This document shows, piece after piece, positions 38,488-48,335 of a DNA stretch of 64,000 bases. The notes under the pieces are model-generated. The model was not told the origin of the DNA. It was given only the letters and a program-made list of their open reading frames with translations, and searched no databases. This DNA is from an uncultured delta proteobacterium. Lineage in GTDB: Bacteria > Desulfobacterota > Binatia > Binatales > Binataceae. Position numbers and translations under genes: made by a program. Each line of letters begins with the position of its first letter. Position 1 is the stretch's first letter. The DNA is taken from assembly GCA_963765675.1 (NCBI GenBank), contig CAVXXK010000001.1:1440001-1504000 (forward strand), in the 5' to 3' direction.

Positions 38488-39429
38488 TTATTTGAGTTGC
38501 GCGCCTGCTTTGAGCTCGCCCGTCGCGGCGAGTTCTGTCGGCGCGATTTTTTTGGGGTTTGGATCGATTCGCGCGCGCTTGACCGCGAGAGTTCCGCCGC
38601 TCAGAGCGATCTTCATTCCGCTCGCGTCGATCGCGGTGATCGTTCCCGGTGTCGCTGACGACGCGGACGATTCGAGCGCGGCGTCGTAGAGGCGGACGCG
38701 CTTGGCGTCGAGGTCGGCGAACGCGCCAGGTTGCGGATCGCATCCGCGAATCAGGTTGAAGACCTCGCGCGCGGGCCGCGCGAAATCGATTTTCGCATGC
38801 TCGTCGCGGCATGGAGCCTCATAGGTCGCGAGGCTTTCATCCTGCTTGATTCTCGGCGCGTTGCCGCGCTTGATCAGGTCGATCGCTTCGATCATCGCAT
38901 CGATCCCCATCGGGAAAAGCGTGTTGAAGTAGATCGAGCCGGTGGTGTCGGTGTCGGCAATCGGGACGCGTTTTTGAATCAGGATCGGGCCGGTGTCGAT
39001 TCCCTTGTCGGGCCAAAACCAGGTGACTCCCGTTTCGCGATCGCCCTGGATAATCGCCCAGTTGATCCCGCTGGCGCCGCGATGCCGCGGCAGGAGCGAC
39101 GGATGGAAGCAGATCGATTTGTATCGCGGAAAATAAAGGATGCGCTCGGGAACGATAAGCGTCACGAAGGCGAGAATCGCGAGCTCGGCGCCTGTGGTCT
39201 TGAACTGCTCGAAGGCCGCGTCGCTCTTGAACGACTTCGGCTGCGACAGCGGCAGGCCCATCGCGCGCGCCTTTGCCGCGAGCACGTCTGGCTTTCCGGT
39301 GGGCGGATCGGCGGGTGCGAAAACGTGCACGATCTCCTCACCGTGATTGACGATCGCTTCAAGCGCCTTTTCCGCGAATGCGGCCTGTCCCAGAAGTGCG
39401 ATGCGCAATGAACCATCCTCCCGCGTCAA
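38488..39429 (-). CDS. Formyltransferase-family protein (Fmt-like; resembles 10-formyl-THF dehydrogenase hydrolase domain)
   Basis: IALLGQAAF, FHPSLLPRHRGASGINW, FWPDKGIDTGPILIQ, LFPMGI, IRGCDPQPGA. Confidence 0.85.
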   Translation of the reverse strand: MTREDGSLRIALLGQAAFAEKALEAIVNHGEEIVHVFAPADPPTGKPDVLAAKARAMGLPLSQPKSFKSDAAFEQFKTTGAELAILAFVTLIVPERILYFPRYKSICFHPSLLPRHRGASGINWAIIQGDRETGVTWFWPDKGIDTGPILIQKRVPIADTDTTGSIYFNTLFPMGIDAMIEAIDLIKRGNAPRIKQDESLATYEAPCRDEHAKIDFARPAREVFNLIRGCDPQPGAFADLDAKRVRLYDAALESSASSATPGTITAIDASGMKIALSGGTLAVKRARIDPNPKKIAPTELAATGELKAGAQLK

Positions 39430-39529
39430 AGTTTCACGCTACCAAATCATCACGGCGGCCCCAACCCGCGCACGCACGGATTGACTTCACGCATCGGTGA
39501 CCGCTTTGATGCTCGATGATATGGATGCG

Positions 39530-41419
39530 ATGAAAGTCCGCCGCACCGGCATGACCTCGCTCGCCGCGATAGGCTTCGCGCTGATCGCCATGATGACGAT
39601 CCCCTCTCGCGCTGCCGCGATCGAAAGCCACGCGCGGCCGCGCATCTTTATCCTGATGGTGTGGGACGGGCTTCGTCCTGATTCGGTTACTCAGCACGAC
39701 ACGCCGAATCTGTTCACGCTCGAGCGCGAGGGCGTGCGCTTCGCGCGGCATCATTCGCAATACCCGACGCTCACGATGGTGAATGCGGCGACGCTCGCGA
39801 CAGGTGCGCCACCGGGGGTGGCGGGAATTTTCGGCGACGAGATGTTTCTCGGACCGACGTTGAAAGATCAGGGAGTGAATCTGCAAGGCGACGGCCTGAT
39901 GCAGTTCGCGGTCGGGCCCGCGATGCTCGAGGACACCAAGCGGCTGGCCGATCTGAACGCGCCCGACGCGCTCAAGGGCAACCTGCTCGGACTCGATTCC
40001 GTCGTGCAGGAGACCGCGCGCGAGGGCGGCTACGTCGCGGTGGTCGGCAAGGAGGGTCCGACCTATCTGTTCGATGATCGCGTGTTGACCGTCGCGAGCG
40101 GACAGGATGAGGTACACGCGCCGCATGCGAATTATCTTTTCCTGACCGATGATGCTGCCGCGCCGCCTGCGGATGCGGCGGCGCTGTCCGCCGCTGTCCC
40201 GCCGAAGTCGGCTGTCGGCGTGTCGGACGGAGCCCGCGATCGATATTTCGCGCACATCGTTGCAGACCGTGCGATCGTGTCGGCCAAACAGGCGACGGAT
40301 GCAGGCCATCCCGCGCTGATCGTGTTCTGGCAGCATAATCCCGACCTGACGCAGCATCATGCGGGCCTCGGCACGCTGCCTGCGCTCGAAGCATTGACGG
40401 TCGCCGATGACGACCTCGGGACGGTGCGCGCGGCGGTCCAGCAGGCGGGAGTCGCGGATCACACGGACATGATGGTCGTGTCCGATCATGGTTTTGCGAC
40501 TATCCGCGTGAGGGTGTTCCTGGCCGCGCTGCTGGTATCTGCGGGGCTGAAGAAATCGATTGATTCGACTGACGTGGTCGTCGCGGCCAACGGCGGATCG
40601 GACCTGGTTTATCTCTCGCGCGACGAGTTCAGCACGCGCTCTGCGCTGTCCGATCGCCTGCAAAAGATCGTCAACTTCGCCGAGGCTCAGGAATGGTGCG
40701 GACCGATCTTCTCGCGTGAGGTCGCGCCTTCGGCCGCGGCGTCCGGACGCTCAAGGCGCGGGCATTACGCGCGCGCGGCGACTGCGGCATATCGCGGATG
40801 GATCGACGGCACCTTCGCGCAGCCGACGTTGGGATTGTTCAACGCTGAGCGATCGCCCGACCTGATCATCTCATTTGCGGAGGCGTCGGACGCGCTCAAT
40901 CGCGGCTTCACCGGTCCCGCCGCACCCGCGTTCGCACTCGGCCAGAAGGGGCAGCAATCGGTGCCCAATCGTTCTTCGCCACTGGTCCGTCCGGTTCCTG
41001 GGCTGGTCTATTCCGACACCGGTCCGGGAGATCGCTGGACCACAGGGATGGGGATGCATGGTGCGGCGGGCGCGCGCGAGATCCACAATGTCGGCGCCGC
41101 GATCGGCCCCGACTTCAAGCGCGTCTTCCTGGATCAGAATCCGACCGCGAACGTCGACGTGGCGCCGACCATCTCGCGCGTGCTCGGCCTGATGATCAAT
41201 ACGGGCCCTGGCGGCGCGTATCCGACCGGGCGCGTGCTGACGGAGGCGCTCGCGGGCGGAAGCAGCTATGCCGGCGCGTCGCACGCTTTCACGACGACAA
41301 CGGAGTTGATGCTGCAAGGCGTCGAGGCGATCACGACGCTCAGGCTCACGCGCCTGGGCGACAGGATCTACCTCGACGACTCTTCGGTAGACCGCAAACC
41401 CCTCGGCAGCTCGCCGTAG
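39530..41419 (+). CDS. Secreted alkaline phosphatase superfamily / nucleotide pyrophosphatase-phosphodiesterase
   Basis: Signal peptide; VWDGLRPD, YPTLTMVN, PDLTQH, VSDHGF, GMHG, NVDVAPT. Confidence 0.9.
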   Translation: MKVRRTGMTSLAAIGFALIAMMTIPSRAAAIESHARPRIFILMVWDGLRPDSVTQHDTPNLFTLEREGVRFARHHSQYPTLTMVNAATLATGAPPGVAGIFGDEMFLGPTLKDQGVNLQGDGLMQFAVGPAMLEDTKRLADLNAPDALKGNLLGLDSVVQETAREGGYVAVVGKEGPTYLFDDRVLTVASGQDEVHAPHANYLFLTDDAAAPPADAAALSAAVPPKSAVGVSDGARDRYFAHIVADRAIVSAKQATDAGHPALIVFWQHNPDLTQHHAGLGTLPALEALTVADDDLGTVRAAVQQAGVADHTDMMVVSDHGFATIRVRVFLAALLVSAGLKKSIDSTDVVVAANGGSDLVYLSRDEFSTRSALSDRLQKIVNFAEAQEWCGPIFSREVAPSAAASGRSRRGHYARAATAAYRGWIDGTFAQPTLGLFNAERSPDLIISFAEASDALNRGFTGPAAPAFALGQKGQQSVPNRSSPLVRPVPGLVYSDTGPGDRWTTGMGMHGAAGAREIHNVGAAIGPDFKRVFLDQNPTANVDVAPTISRVLGLMINTGPGGAYPTGRVLTEALAGGSSYAGASHAFTTTTELMLQGVEAITTLRLTRLGDRIYLDDSSVDRKPLGSSP

Positions 41420-41501
41420 AAGCGTATAGCCATTCTGCCAGTGGGTGCCGACGGCTCGTCGGCCGACGCGAAGCGTCATCGCGAATAGAGTGCAGAGCAG
41501 C

Positions 41502-41578
41502 ACCCTCACCCGCGCGTCACGACGATGGCGAAAAAACGCAATCGCCGCGCCGCTTGCCCTCTTCCGGAGGGAGAGGGA
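41502..41578. repeat. CCCTCACCC...CCCTCT/AGAGGG REP-like element with internal insert
   Basis: ACCCTCACCCG...CCCTCTTCCGGAGGGAGAGGG, same family as 9803-9958; between convergent genes. Confidence 0.65.
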
Positions 41579-41612
41579 ATTTCAGACGCGCATATTAATC
41601 AGTGGATCAGGC

Positions 41613-42906
41613 CTACCTCGCGTCGAGGGCGGTGATGTCGCTGCCCCGAGTCTCAGGCAGCAGCCAGATCATCGCGGCGGCTACCGTTGAGAAGATCGCG
41701 CCGATTGCCAGCGTTGGGCCGAAGCCTGCTCTGAGTGCTTAAGAATGTTATTGCCAGCGGGGTGAAGAATTGAAAGCCGCGCGTGACGTTGAGTAGCAAG
41801 CCGAGCGTAGTGTTGCGTACGCGGGTTGGCAGCAGCTCGGAGATCATCGGCGCCATCCCACTCCAAATTCCAGTTCCGAATCCTGCCGTGAACATCGCGC
41901 ATGCGATGAGACCGGGAATCGCCGCCGCGCGATCCCAGAAGATCGTTTCCGGAAGCAGTCCCACTGCCATCACCAGGCCGAAGAGAAAGAACATCGGACG
42001 CCGTCCGTAGCGGTCGGCAAGAATCCCGAACACGAAGTAGCCGAGTACGCCGCCGTATTGCATCTTGATCATGAGCTGGCTCGCGGTGAGCGCCGAGAGT
42101 CCGCGATGCAGCTCCAGATACCCGGGCATCCAGCTATACGTGAACCAATACGCCTCGCTGTTGAGCAGCAGGATCACGAATAGCAGCGCGACCATGCCTC
42201 GATACGGCCGCAGCACGCCGAGCTCGCGCCACCGGAAGCGCGTGCCAGCGCGGCTGCGAATCCATACGTCGCTTTCGGGGAGCCATCGCAGCACCGAGGC
42301 GAAAATCACGAGCGCGGGTATCGCGGAGATCGCGAAGGTCAGCCGCCATCCGACGATCGGCGTCAGGTAGCCGCTGGCCGCCGCCGCGAGCAGGATTCCG
42401 AGTGGCGCTCCAGTCTGCACATACGCGGCGTAACGCGCGCGGCGCTCGGACGGCGCGCTCTCGGCGATCAGGCTCTGGCCGGGAGCCCATCCGCCGCCCA
42501 TCCCGAGGCCGGTTATCGATCGAAACAGGATCAGCTCCCACAGTGAGTTGCTGCTGGCGCACAGCAGCGTCCCGATTCCGTAGATCGCGACGGTTGCCGC
42601 GATCATAGGACGCCGGCCCCATCGGTCTCCAGCGAATCCGAAGATCACTCCGCCCGCCGCAGTCATCAGGAACGAGGTTCCCAGCGCCAGCGACGACTCG
42701 GCGGCACTCAGATGTAGCTCGCGCGCGATCGGAACGAGCAGAAACGAGTACAGGATCAAATCATAGAAGTCGAAGATCCAGGCGAGGAAGCAGATGGCGA
42801 CGATGCGCAGATGCGCGCCGTCCGCAGGCCGCTCATGCAGCATCATGGGTGCGGGTTCATCGCCCGGCCGCGTCCGCGCGGGATTGCTGGCGGGTGATGG
42901 TTCCAT
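41613..42906 (-). CDS. MFS transporter, +1 frameshift near 41733
   Basis: WIFDFYD, GDRWGRR, ADRYGRR, SELLPTRVR; shifted frame restores GFGPTLAIGAIFS...WLLPETRG to TAG 41613. Confidence 0.88.
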
Positions 42907-43017
42907 CGCGATTTACGCTTTTTCGCGCCCGTGCCGAACTCTAGCCCCAACGGGAAAGGTATGGTTGGCTAACGTGAGGATGCGCGCGCTGTCAAGCGAC
43001 CGCGTCACAGAGGGGCA

Positions 43018-44775
43018 ATGCTGAAAAAGTTTTTCAAGTGGATTCTCAGGACCGTGATCGTGATCGTGATTCTGATCGCGATCGTCGCAACCTCGAAATA
43101 TATTTCTCACCGCGTGCCCAACGATTCGGTGCTGGTGGTCACGCTTTCCGGCAGCGTGGTCGAACGCGGCAGCAACGGCGTGCTCGGCCTGGTTAACAAC
43201 GATCAGACGCCACTCAATTTCGTGCGCCGCGCGATCAACCGCGGAGCCAGGGACCGGCGGATAGTCGGGCTGGCGGTAAAGGTGATCGATCCGCAGATGG
43301 ATCTCGCGCAGGCGCAGGAGATTGCCGCGCTAATCAAATCGTTTCGCAAGAGCGGCAAATGGACTGCCGCATATATCGAGAGCGCGGGCGATTTCGGCCC
43401 CGGTAATCTTCCGTACCTGGTTGCGGCCGCGGCCGACGAGGTTTCGCTGATGCCGCAAGGATCGCTCGGAATCACCGGAGTCGGAATCCGAGAGTTATTC
43501 GCGCGCGGGACGCTCGACTGGATCGGTATCCGTCCGAACTTCGGCGCGATCGGAAAATACAAATCCGCCGGCAATGTCTTCACACAAAAAGATTTCACGC
43601 CCGCGCAGCATGAAGAAGACGACGCGCTTGCCGGCGACATGTACCACCAGATCGTCGCGCAGATCGCGGCTGAGCGCCATATCGATCCGGCCGCGGTGAA
43701 GGGCTTCGTTGACCAGGCGCCGCTCAATGCCGATGTAAGCCTCAAGGACAAGCTCGTCGATCGCGTCGAGTACGAAGATCAATTCACCGATCGCGCGAAG
43801 CATCGCGGTGGCGATTCCGAACACAAGCTGGTGGAATACTCAGACTACAGCAGCTCCGGGTCGATCTTCGCATCGTTTGCGCCGGGCGGCGACAAAATCG
43901 CGGTCGTCTACGGCTCGGGCGCGATCGAGCGCGGGCAGGGCGGCTTCGATCCGCTGCTCTCGCCGGAAGGCAACGCGATGGGTGCAGACGATATAGTGGC
44001 CGCGTTCAAGAGCGCACGCAAAGATGATTCCGTGCGCGGAGTCGTGTTCCGGATTAACTCGCCCGGCGGCGACGTGGTTGCGTCCGAACTGATCCGGCGC
44101 CAGGTCGAGCTGACCGCGGCGAAGAAGCCGGTCGTGATCAGCATGTCGGGCTACGCGGCCTCGGGCGGATACTGGATTTCGACGCCGGCCGCCGCGATTA
44201 TCGCCGACCCGGGCACGATCACCGGATCGATCGGTGTCCTGGGCGGAAAATTCAACATCACGCCCGCGACGCAGAAGGCGTATCTCAATACAGACGCAGT
44301 GACCTACGGCGCCAATGCGGATATGTTCGACGCGTTCACCGACTTTACGCCCGCGCAGGCGGCGGTGTTTCAGAACCAGATGCTCGGCGACACCTATCAG
44401 TATTTCGTGAAGATTGTCGCCGCCGGGCGCCATCTGAGCGTTGAGGACGTGGACGGAATCGCGCAGGGACGCGTGTGGACGGGCAACCAGGCGCTGCCGA
44501 TCAAGCTGGTAGATTCGCTCGGGACTTTCGACGACGCGATGCGCAAGGTCAAGGAGCTGGCGCGGCTCGATCCGAATAAGGAAATTGCGATCGAGGAATT
44601 GCCCGAGCAGCCGAGCATCATTCAGGCGCTGCTGTCGGGTCGCGTCAACGCGGCTTATGCGCTCAGCGCCAATCCGGCGCGCGCGCTCGAACTGATTGCG
44701 AAAGTGGTTCGCGCCGAGATTGACGGTCACGCGGGTTTCGGCGCCGCGTACTGTCCTGTCGTGCCGATGCTATAA
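43018..44775 (+). CDS. sppA: Signal peptide peptidase SppA, 67K type
   Basis: GKYKSAG, RINSPGG, AASGGYWI, TITGSIGV, AQGRVWTG. Confidence 0.95.
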   Translation: MLKKFFKWILRTVIVIVILIAIVATSKYISHRVPNDSVLVVTLSGSVVERGSNGVLGLVNNDQTPLNFVRRAINRGARDRRIVGLAVKVIDPQMDLAQAQEIAALIKSFRKSGKWTAAYIESAGDFGPGNLPYLVAAAADEVSLMPQGSLGITGVGIRELFARGTLDWIGIRPNFGAIGKYKSAGNVFTQKDFTPAQHEEDDALAGDMYHQIVAQIAAERHIDPAAVKGFVDQAPLNADVSLKDKLVDRVEYEDQFTDRAKHRGGDSEHKLVEYSDYSSSGSIFASFAPGGDKIAVVYGSGAIERGQGGFDPLLSPEGNAMGADDIVAAFKSARKDDSVRGVVFRINSPGGDVVASELIRRQVELTAAKKPVVISMSGYAASGGYWISTPAAAIIADPGTITGSIGVLGGKFNITPATQKAYLNTDAVTYGANADMFDAFTDFTPAQAAVFQNQMLGDTYQYFVKIVAAGRHLSVEDVDGIAQGRVWTGNQALPIKLVDSLGTFDDAMRKVKELARLDPNKEIAIEELPEQPSIIQALLSGRVNAAYALSANPARALELIAKVVRAEIDGHAGFGAAYCPVVPML

Positions 44776-44796
44776 GTCAGGCCAGGAGTGACTGCG

Positions 44797-45213
44797 ATGG
44801 ACCAACAGCTTGAAGGATTCCTCAATACTCTCGGCGAGGCCGAGCGCGCCGGCGGCCGCGTGCTGCACGAACTGACCGAGCTGGCGCGCTCGCTGGTGCT
44901 GCGCGAGATGCTCAAGAAGGTCGGACACGACGAAGGCTACTACGCCAACGAGCTCGCGCAGCATGTGCGCCGCCTGGGCGGAGCGGCGTCCAACAAGACC
45001 GGCGATTTCGTCGAGAAGGTGCGCGCGGTCGGCGAGTTTCGCGCCAAGTGCGAATTACTCAATCGCGGGCAGCGATGGGTGATCCGTAAAATCGAGGAGC
45101 ATCTTCCGACGGTCACCGATCCGGAATTGAACGCGTTCCTGACCGTGATGGCTGCCGGGCATCACAGCAATATCGGAGCGCTCGAGCAGGCACTGAAGGA
45201 CGGGCTGGCCTGA
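44797..45213 (+). CDS. Ferritin-like four-helix protein (DUF6306-like)
   Basis: LNTLGEAERAG, DEGYY, TGDFVEK, LLNRGQRWVIRK; AGGAG RBS. Confidence 0.75.
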   Translation: MDQQLEGFLNTLGEAERAGGRVLHELTELARSLVLREMLKKVGHDEGYYANELAQHVRRLGGAASNKTGDFVEKVRAVGEFRAKCELLNRGQRWVIRKIEEHLPTVTDPELNAFLTVMAAGHHSNIGALEQALKDGLA

Positions 45214-45231
45214 CACTTCGAGGCGCGCGCG

Positions 45232-45471
45232 ATGTATCAGACGATTTTCGGAATCGCGATGGTGGCCGTGACTGCGCTCGCGTTCTGGTGGAAGGCGCGG
45301 CATCACTACCGGTGCCCACTGTGCGGAGAATTCGTACAGTGGAAGGACATCACCTGCCCGCACTGCGGCAACGACATGAACTATCGGCATCGCGAGGGTC
45401 CCGATGCGCTTCCGCGCGTCGCCGCCGACTTGCGTCGCGGCTCGCGCTCGCGCCGCCGCGTGCGCGACTAG
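45232..45471 (+). CDS. Small membrane-anchored zinc-ribbon protein
   Basis: N-terminal TM helix, CPLCG and CPHCG. Confidence 0.65.
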   Translation: MYQTIFGIAMVAVTALAFWWKARHHYRCPLCGEFVQWKDITCPHCGNDMNYRHREGPDALPRVAADLRRGSRSRRRVRD

Positions 45472-45722
45472 CGCTTGAGCGCTTTAGCGGCGCGCTCGAG
45501 CAGCGCGGCGATCTCGGCGCGGGTATTCGCGGGGAAGCGCTCAAAGTCTTCGCCGGTTTTCAGATCCGCGAACATCCCGGCCGGGTCTTCGTGAAAGTGC
45601 AGGAACCCGACGCCTCCATGATAGAACGAGCCGCGCGTTCGCTCCTTCAGACCCTCGAGCTTGCGCAGCTTGGCCAGTATCGGTTCGATCCGGTCGAGCG
45701 CTTCCGGTCCCGCATGCTTCAT
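45468..45722 (-). CDS. Hypothetical protein
   Basis: MKHAG..LD..EP.L..LR..GLKE..G.FY...FLHFHEDPAG.FADL; host-like codon usage. Confidence 0.7.
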   Translation of the reverse strand: MKHAGPEALDRIEPILAKLRKLEGLKERTRGSFYHGGVGFLHFHEDPAGMFADLKTGEDFERFPANTRAEIAALLERAAKALKR

Positions 45723-45731
45723 TGATCGCGC

Positions 45732-46103
45732 TTAGCTGTTGCCGACCTCGATCACGTATCCGTCGGGATCCGCGAGGTACGCGTATGGCACTCCGGGTGC
45801 GTGATTGCCGCGGCTCAGCAGCTTTCCGCCCGCTTGCTCGATTTGGCTGACAGCCTCGTCGAGCTTGCCCTTCTCGGCCAGGCCGAAGCCGAAGTGTGAT
45901 ACGCCGGCGCCGCCCACCGGCTCGCTCTTTTCGGCCTGGCACAGCGTGATCGTGTCGTCGGCGCCGGGCGAGCGCAGAAAGACCATTCGTTTGCCTTCCC
46001 AGAATTGAACTTCAAGTCCGAAGGCCTGCTGATAGAACCGGAGCGACCGCTGAAGATCGCTCACGTTCAGATTGATGTGTCTCAGTCCGCGCGATTTGAT
46101 CAT
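45732..46103 (-). CDS. VOC/glyoxalase family protein
   Basis: LRHINLNVSDLQRSLRFY, HFGF, YLADPDGYVIE. Confidence 0.9.
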   Translation of the reverse strand: MIKSRGLRHINLNVSDLQRSLRFYQQAFGLEVQFWEGKRMVFLRSPGADDTITLCQAEKSEPVGGAGVSHFGFGLAEKGKLDEAVSQIEQAGGKLLSRGNHAPGVPYAYLADPDGYVIEVGNS

Positions 46104-46152
46104 CGAATCGCCTCCTGAGCCCCGGATAATTTTGACGCTTCGCCCTTGCGAA

Positions 46153-47391
46153 TCAGGACGCTGCCGGCACCGGAGCGGGCGCCGCGATCAGCACGCCTGC
46201 GCGCGTGAGTTCCTCGGCCTGCGCCGCCGACAGACCCGCGACTTCGGTCACGATCGCCGCGTTGTCGGCGCCCATGCGCGAGGCTTTCACCTCGGTGCGA
46301 TCGGGCCACGCCGAAAACTTGACGGGCATCCCCGGAATATCGAATTCGCCGAAGGTCGCGTCCTTCACGCGGCGCACGGTCTTGCGCCCGCGCAGATGAG
46401 GATGCGCCATCGACTCCGCGAGCTTGTACACGGGAGCGCAGGGGACGCGTTCGGCGTCGAGCAGGGCGATCGCGGCGTCGCGCTCGGGAAAGCTCTGGAG
46501 CCAGCTTTCGATCGTCTCGCGCAGCACGAGGCTGTTTTTCAGCCGATCGCGATTGGTCTTGAAGCGCGGATCATCGCCCAGTTCGGGGCGTTTCATCGCC
46601 CGCCACAGCCGTGCGATTTCATGCTGCTGCACGACCAGGAAAACGTAACCGTCGCTCGCCTTGTAAACGCCGCATGGCGCGCCGGTCGGATGTGTCGCGC
46701 CGCCGCGTTTGGGCACGAATTTACCTGGACGCAGCGAGACCACGGGCACCGAGAGCTCGTGCATGTGGAAATAGGTGTCGAGCAGTGACGCGTCGAGCAT
46801 CTGCCCTTCGCCGGTGCGCTCGCGATGCAGCAGCGCGAAGCCGACCGCCATCGCCGCGGCGACCCCGGTCGAGACGTCGCCGATCGCCATCGGCGGAACG
46901 ATCGGCGATCCCTCGGGCTCGCCGAGCTGATCGGTGATTCCCGCCAGCGCCGCGCCCAGATAGTCATACCCGGGCTTGTAGCTGAGCGGTCCGGTCTGTC
47001 CGGCGACCGAGACCGAGCACATGATGATCCGCGGATTGATCTTCTTCAGCGCTTCGTACCCGAAGCCCATCTCGGCGATCACCCCGGGGGCGAAATTCTC
47101 GACGACCACATCGATCTTTGGAATCATCTTGAGCACGAGATCGCGTCCGCGCGGGTCGCGCAGATTGACGCCGAGGCTCCGCTTGGAATGGTTGTGCTGA
47201 AAGTAATAGGTGCTCATCCCGTCGCGGACCAGGCCGAGCACACGGACGTGATCACCTTCGAGCGAGCGCTCGACCTTGATCACGTCGGCGCCCATCTCAC
47301 CGAGAATCCGGGTGCAGGTCGGACCGGCGACGAAATGGGTGAAATCCAGAACGCGATAGCCTTCAAGCATCCGCGGGCTTTTGTCCATCAT
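46153..47391 (-). CDS. CaiB/BaiF family III CoA-transferase
   Basis: LEGYRVLDF, AGP, GADVIKVE, DVVVENFAPG, GQTGP..PGYD. Confidence 0.93.
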   Translation of the reverse strand: MMDKSPRMLEGYRVLDFTHFVAGPTCTRILGEMGADVIKVERSLEGDHVRVLGLVRDGMSTYYFQHNHSKRSLGVNLRDPRGRDLVLKMIPKIDVVVENFAPGVIAEMGFGYEALKKINPRIIMCSVSVAGQTGPLSYKPGYDYLGAALAGITDQLGEPEGSPIVPPMAIGDVSTGVAAAMAVGFALLHRERTGEGQMLDASLLDTYFHMHELSVPVVSLRPGKFVPKRGGATHPTGAPCGVYKASDGYVFLVVQQHEIARLWRAMKRPELGDDPRFKTNRDRLKNSLVLRETIESWLQSFPERDAAIALLDAERVPCAPVYKLAESMAHPHLRGRKTVRRVKDATFGEFDIPGMPVKFSAWPDRTEVKASRMGADNAAIVTEVAGLSAAQAEELTRAGVLIAAPAPVPAAS

Positions 47392-47435
47392 GCTCTCCCG
47401 AGATCAGATCGTTGCGCCCTGAGCCTCGCGCTGGG

Positions 47436-47939
47436 CTAGCGTTCGCCGCGCGCCAGGCAATCGGCGCAGATACCGTACAGTTCCATTTTGTGGCGGCGCA
47501 ACTGCGCCTTGAGTTCGCGCGCGACCATCTCTTGCAACCGCTCGATACTGTCGTTTTCGAATTCGATAATCTTGCCGCAGCGTTCGCAGATAAAGTGATC
47601 GTGATGCCGCTCGCCCATCGCTTCGTAGCGCGCCTGGCCTTCGTCGAAATGACGCTCCTGCAGCAAGTCGCATTCGCGCAAGAGGCGCAGCGTGCGGTAG
47701 ATGGTCGCGTAGCCGACGTGAGGATTTACTTTCTTGACCTCGGCGTACAGCTCCTCGGCGCTGATATGACGGCCGATTCCGAAAAACACGCGAGCAATAT
47801 CGTCGCGCTGTCCGGTGGATTTGAGCCCGCGATCCTTGAGCCGCGAGTGGAACGTGTTCATCCGCTCTTCGGCGCTGGCGTGTGGCATGTGGCCGACGAC
47901 GGTGCGCGAATGCTCGGCGGTATGCTCCCCTCGAGGCAT
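47436..47939 (-). CDS. fur: Fur family transcriptional regulator
   Basis: GLKSTGQR, HISAEELY, ATIYRTL, HHDHFICERCG, LYGICADC. Confidence 0.92.
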   Translation of the reverse strand: MPRGEHTAEHSRTVVGHMPHASAEERMNTFHSRLKDRGLKSTGQRDDIARVFFGIGRHISAEELYAEVKKVNPHVGYATIYRTLRLLRECDLLQERHFDEGQARYEAMGERHHDHFICERCGKIIEFENDSIERLQEMVARELKAQLRRHKMELYGICADCLARGER

Positions 47940-47948
47940 CGAGTCGCC

Positions 47949-48242
47949 CTATTGTGCGCCTGCTCCCGGCTGTACGACGCGGCGCGCAGCCGGCGAGAGG
48001 TACAGTGTTTCCAGATCGTGCGAACGCAACGCCTCCGCCAGCACTTCGAGCTGCTCGGCGGCGGGCTGCTCGCGGTCGATGATGACGAGGTCTTTTTCGC
48101 GCAGTCGGCAGGCGCCGCCGCGCGCGCGGTAACCGACCTCACGCAAGATCCGCTCGCGGCGCACTTCCAAGCCGACGCGGCCCGCGGCTTCGCTTAATTC
48201 ATCAACCAGCTTGAGGAGCCGTGATTCCTTCTGCTCGCTCAT
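47949..48242 (-). CDS. Hypothetical protein upstream of fur
   Basis: GLEVRRE...GGACRLREKDLVIID...LYLSPAAR; 9 nt before fur. Confidence 0.7.
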   Translation of the reverse strand: MSEQKESRLLKLVDELSEAAGRVGLEVRRERILREVGYRARGGACRLREKDLVIIDREQPAAEQLEVLAEALRSHDLETLYLSPAARRVVQPGAGAQ

Positions 48243-48335
48243 CGCACACCGCCTTTACGCGTCCCGCCTATAGCCGCCTCTTGAGGCTCACCCGCGCGTC
48301 GTGATATCGCGGAACTCCAAACGGAGGACTGGCCG

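Noticed and set aside
39434-40663. 409-aa minus-strand ORF
   Set aside because: Antisense to the well-supported phosphatase-family gene
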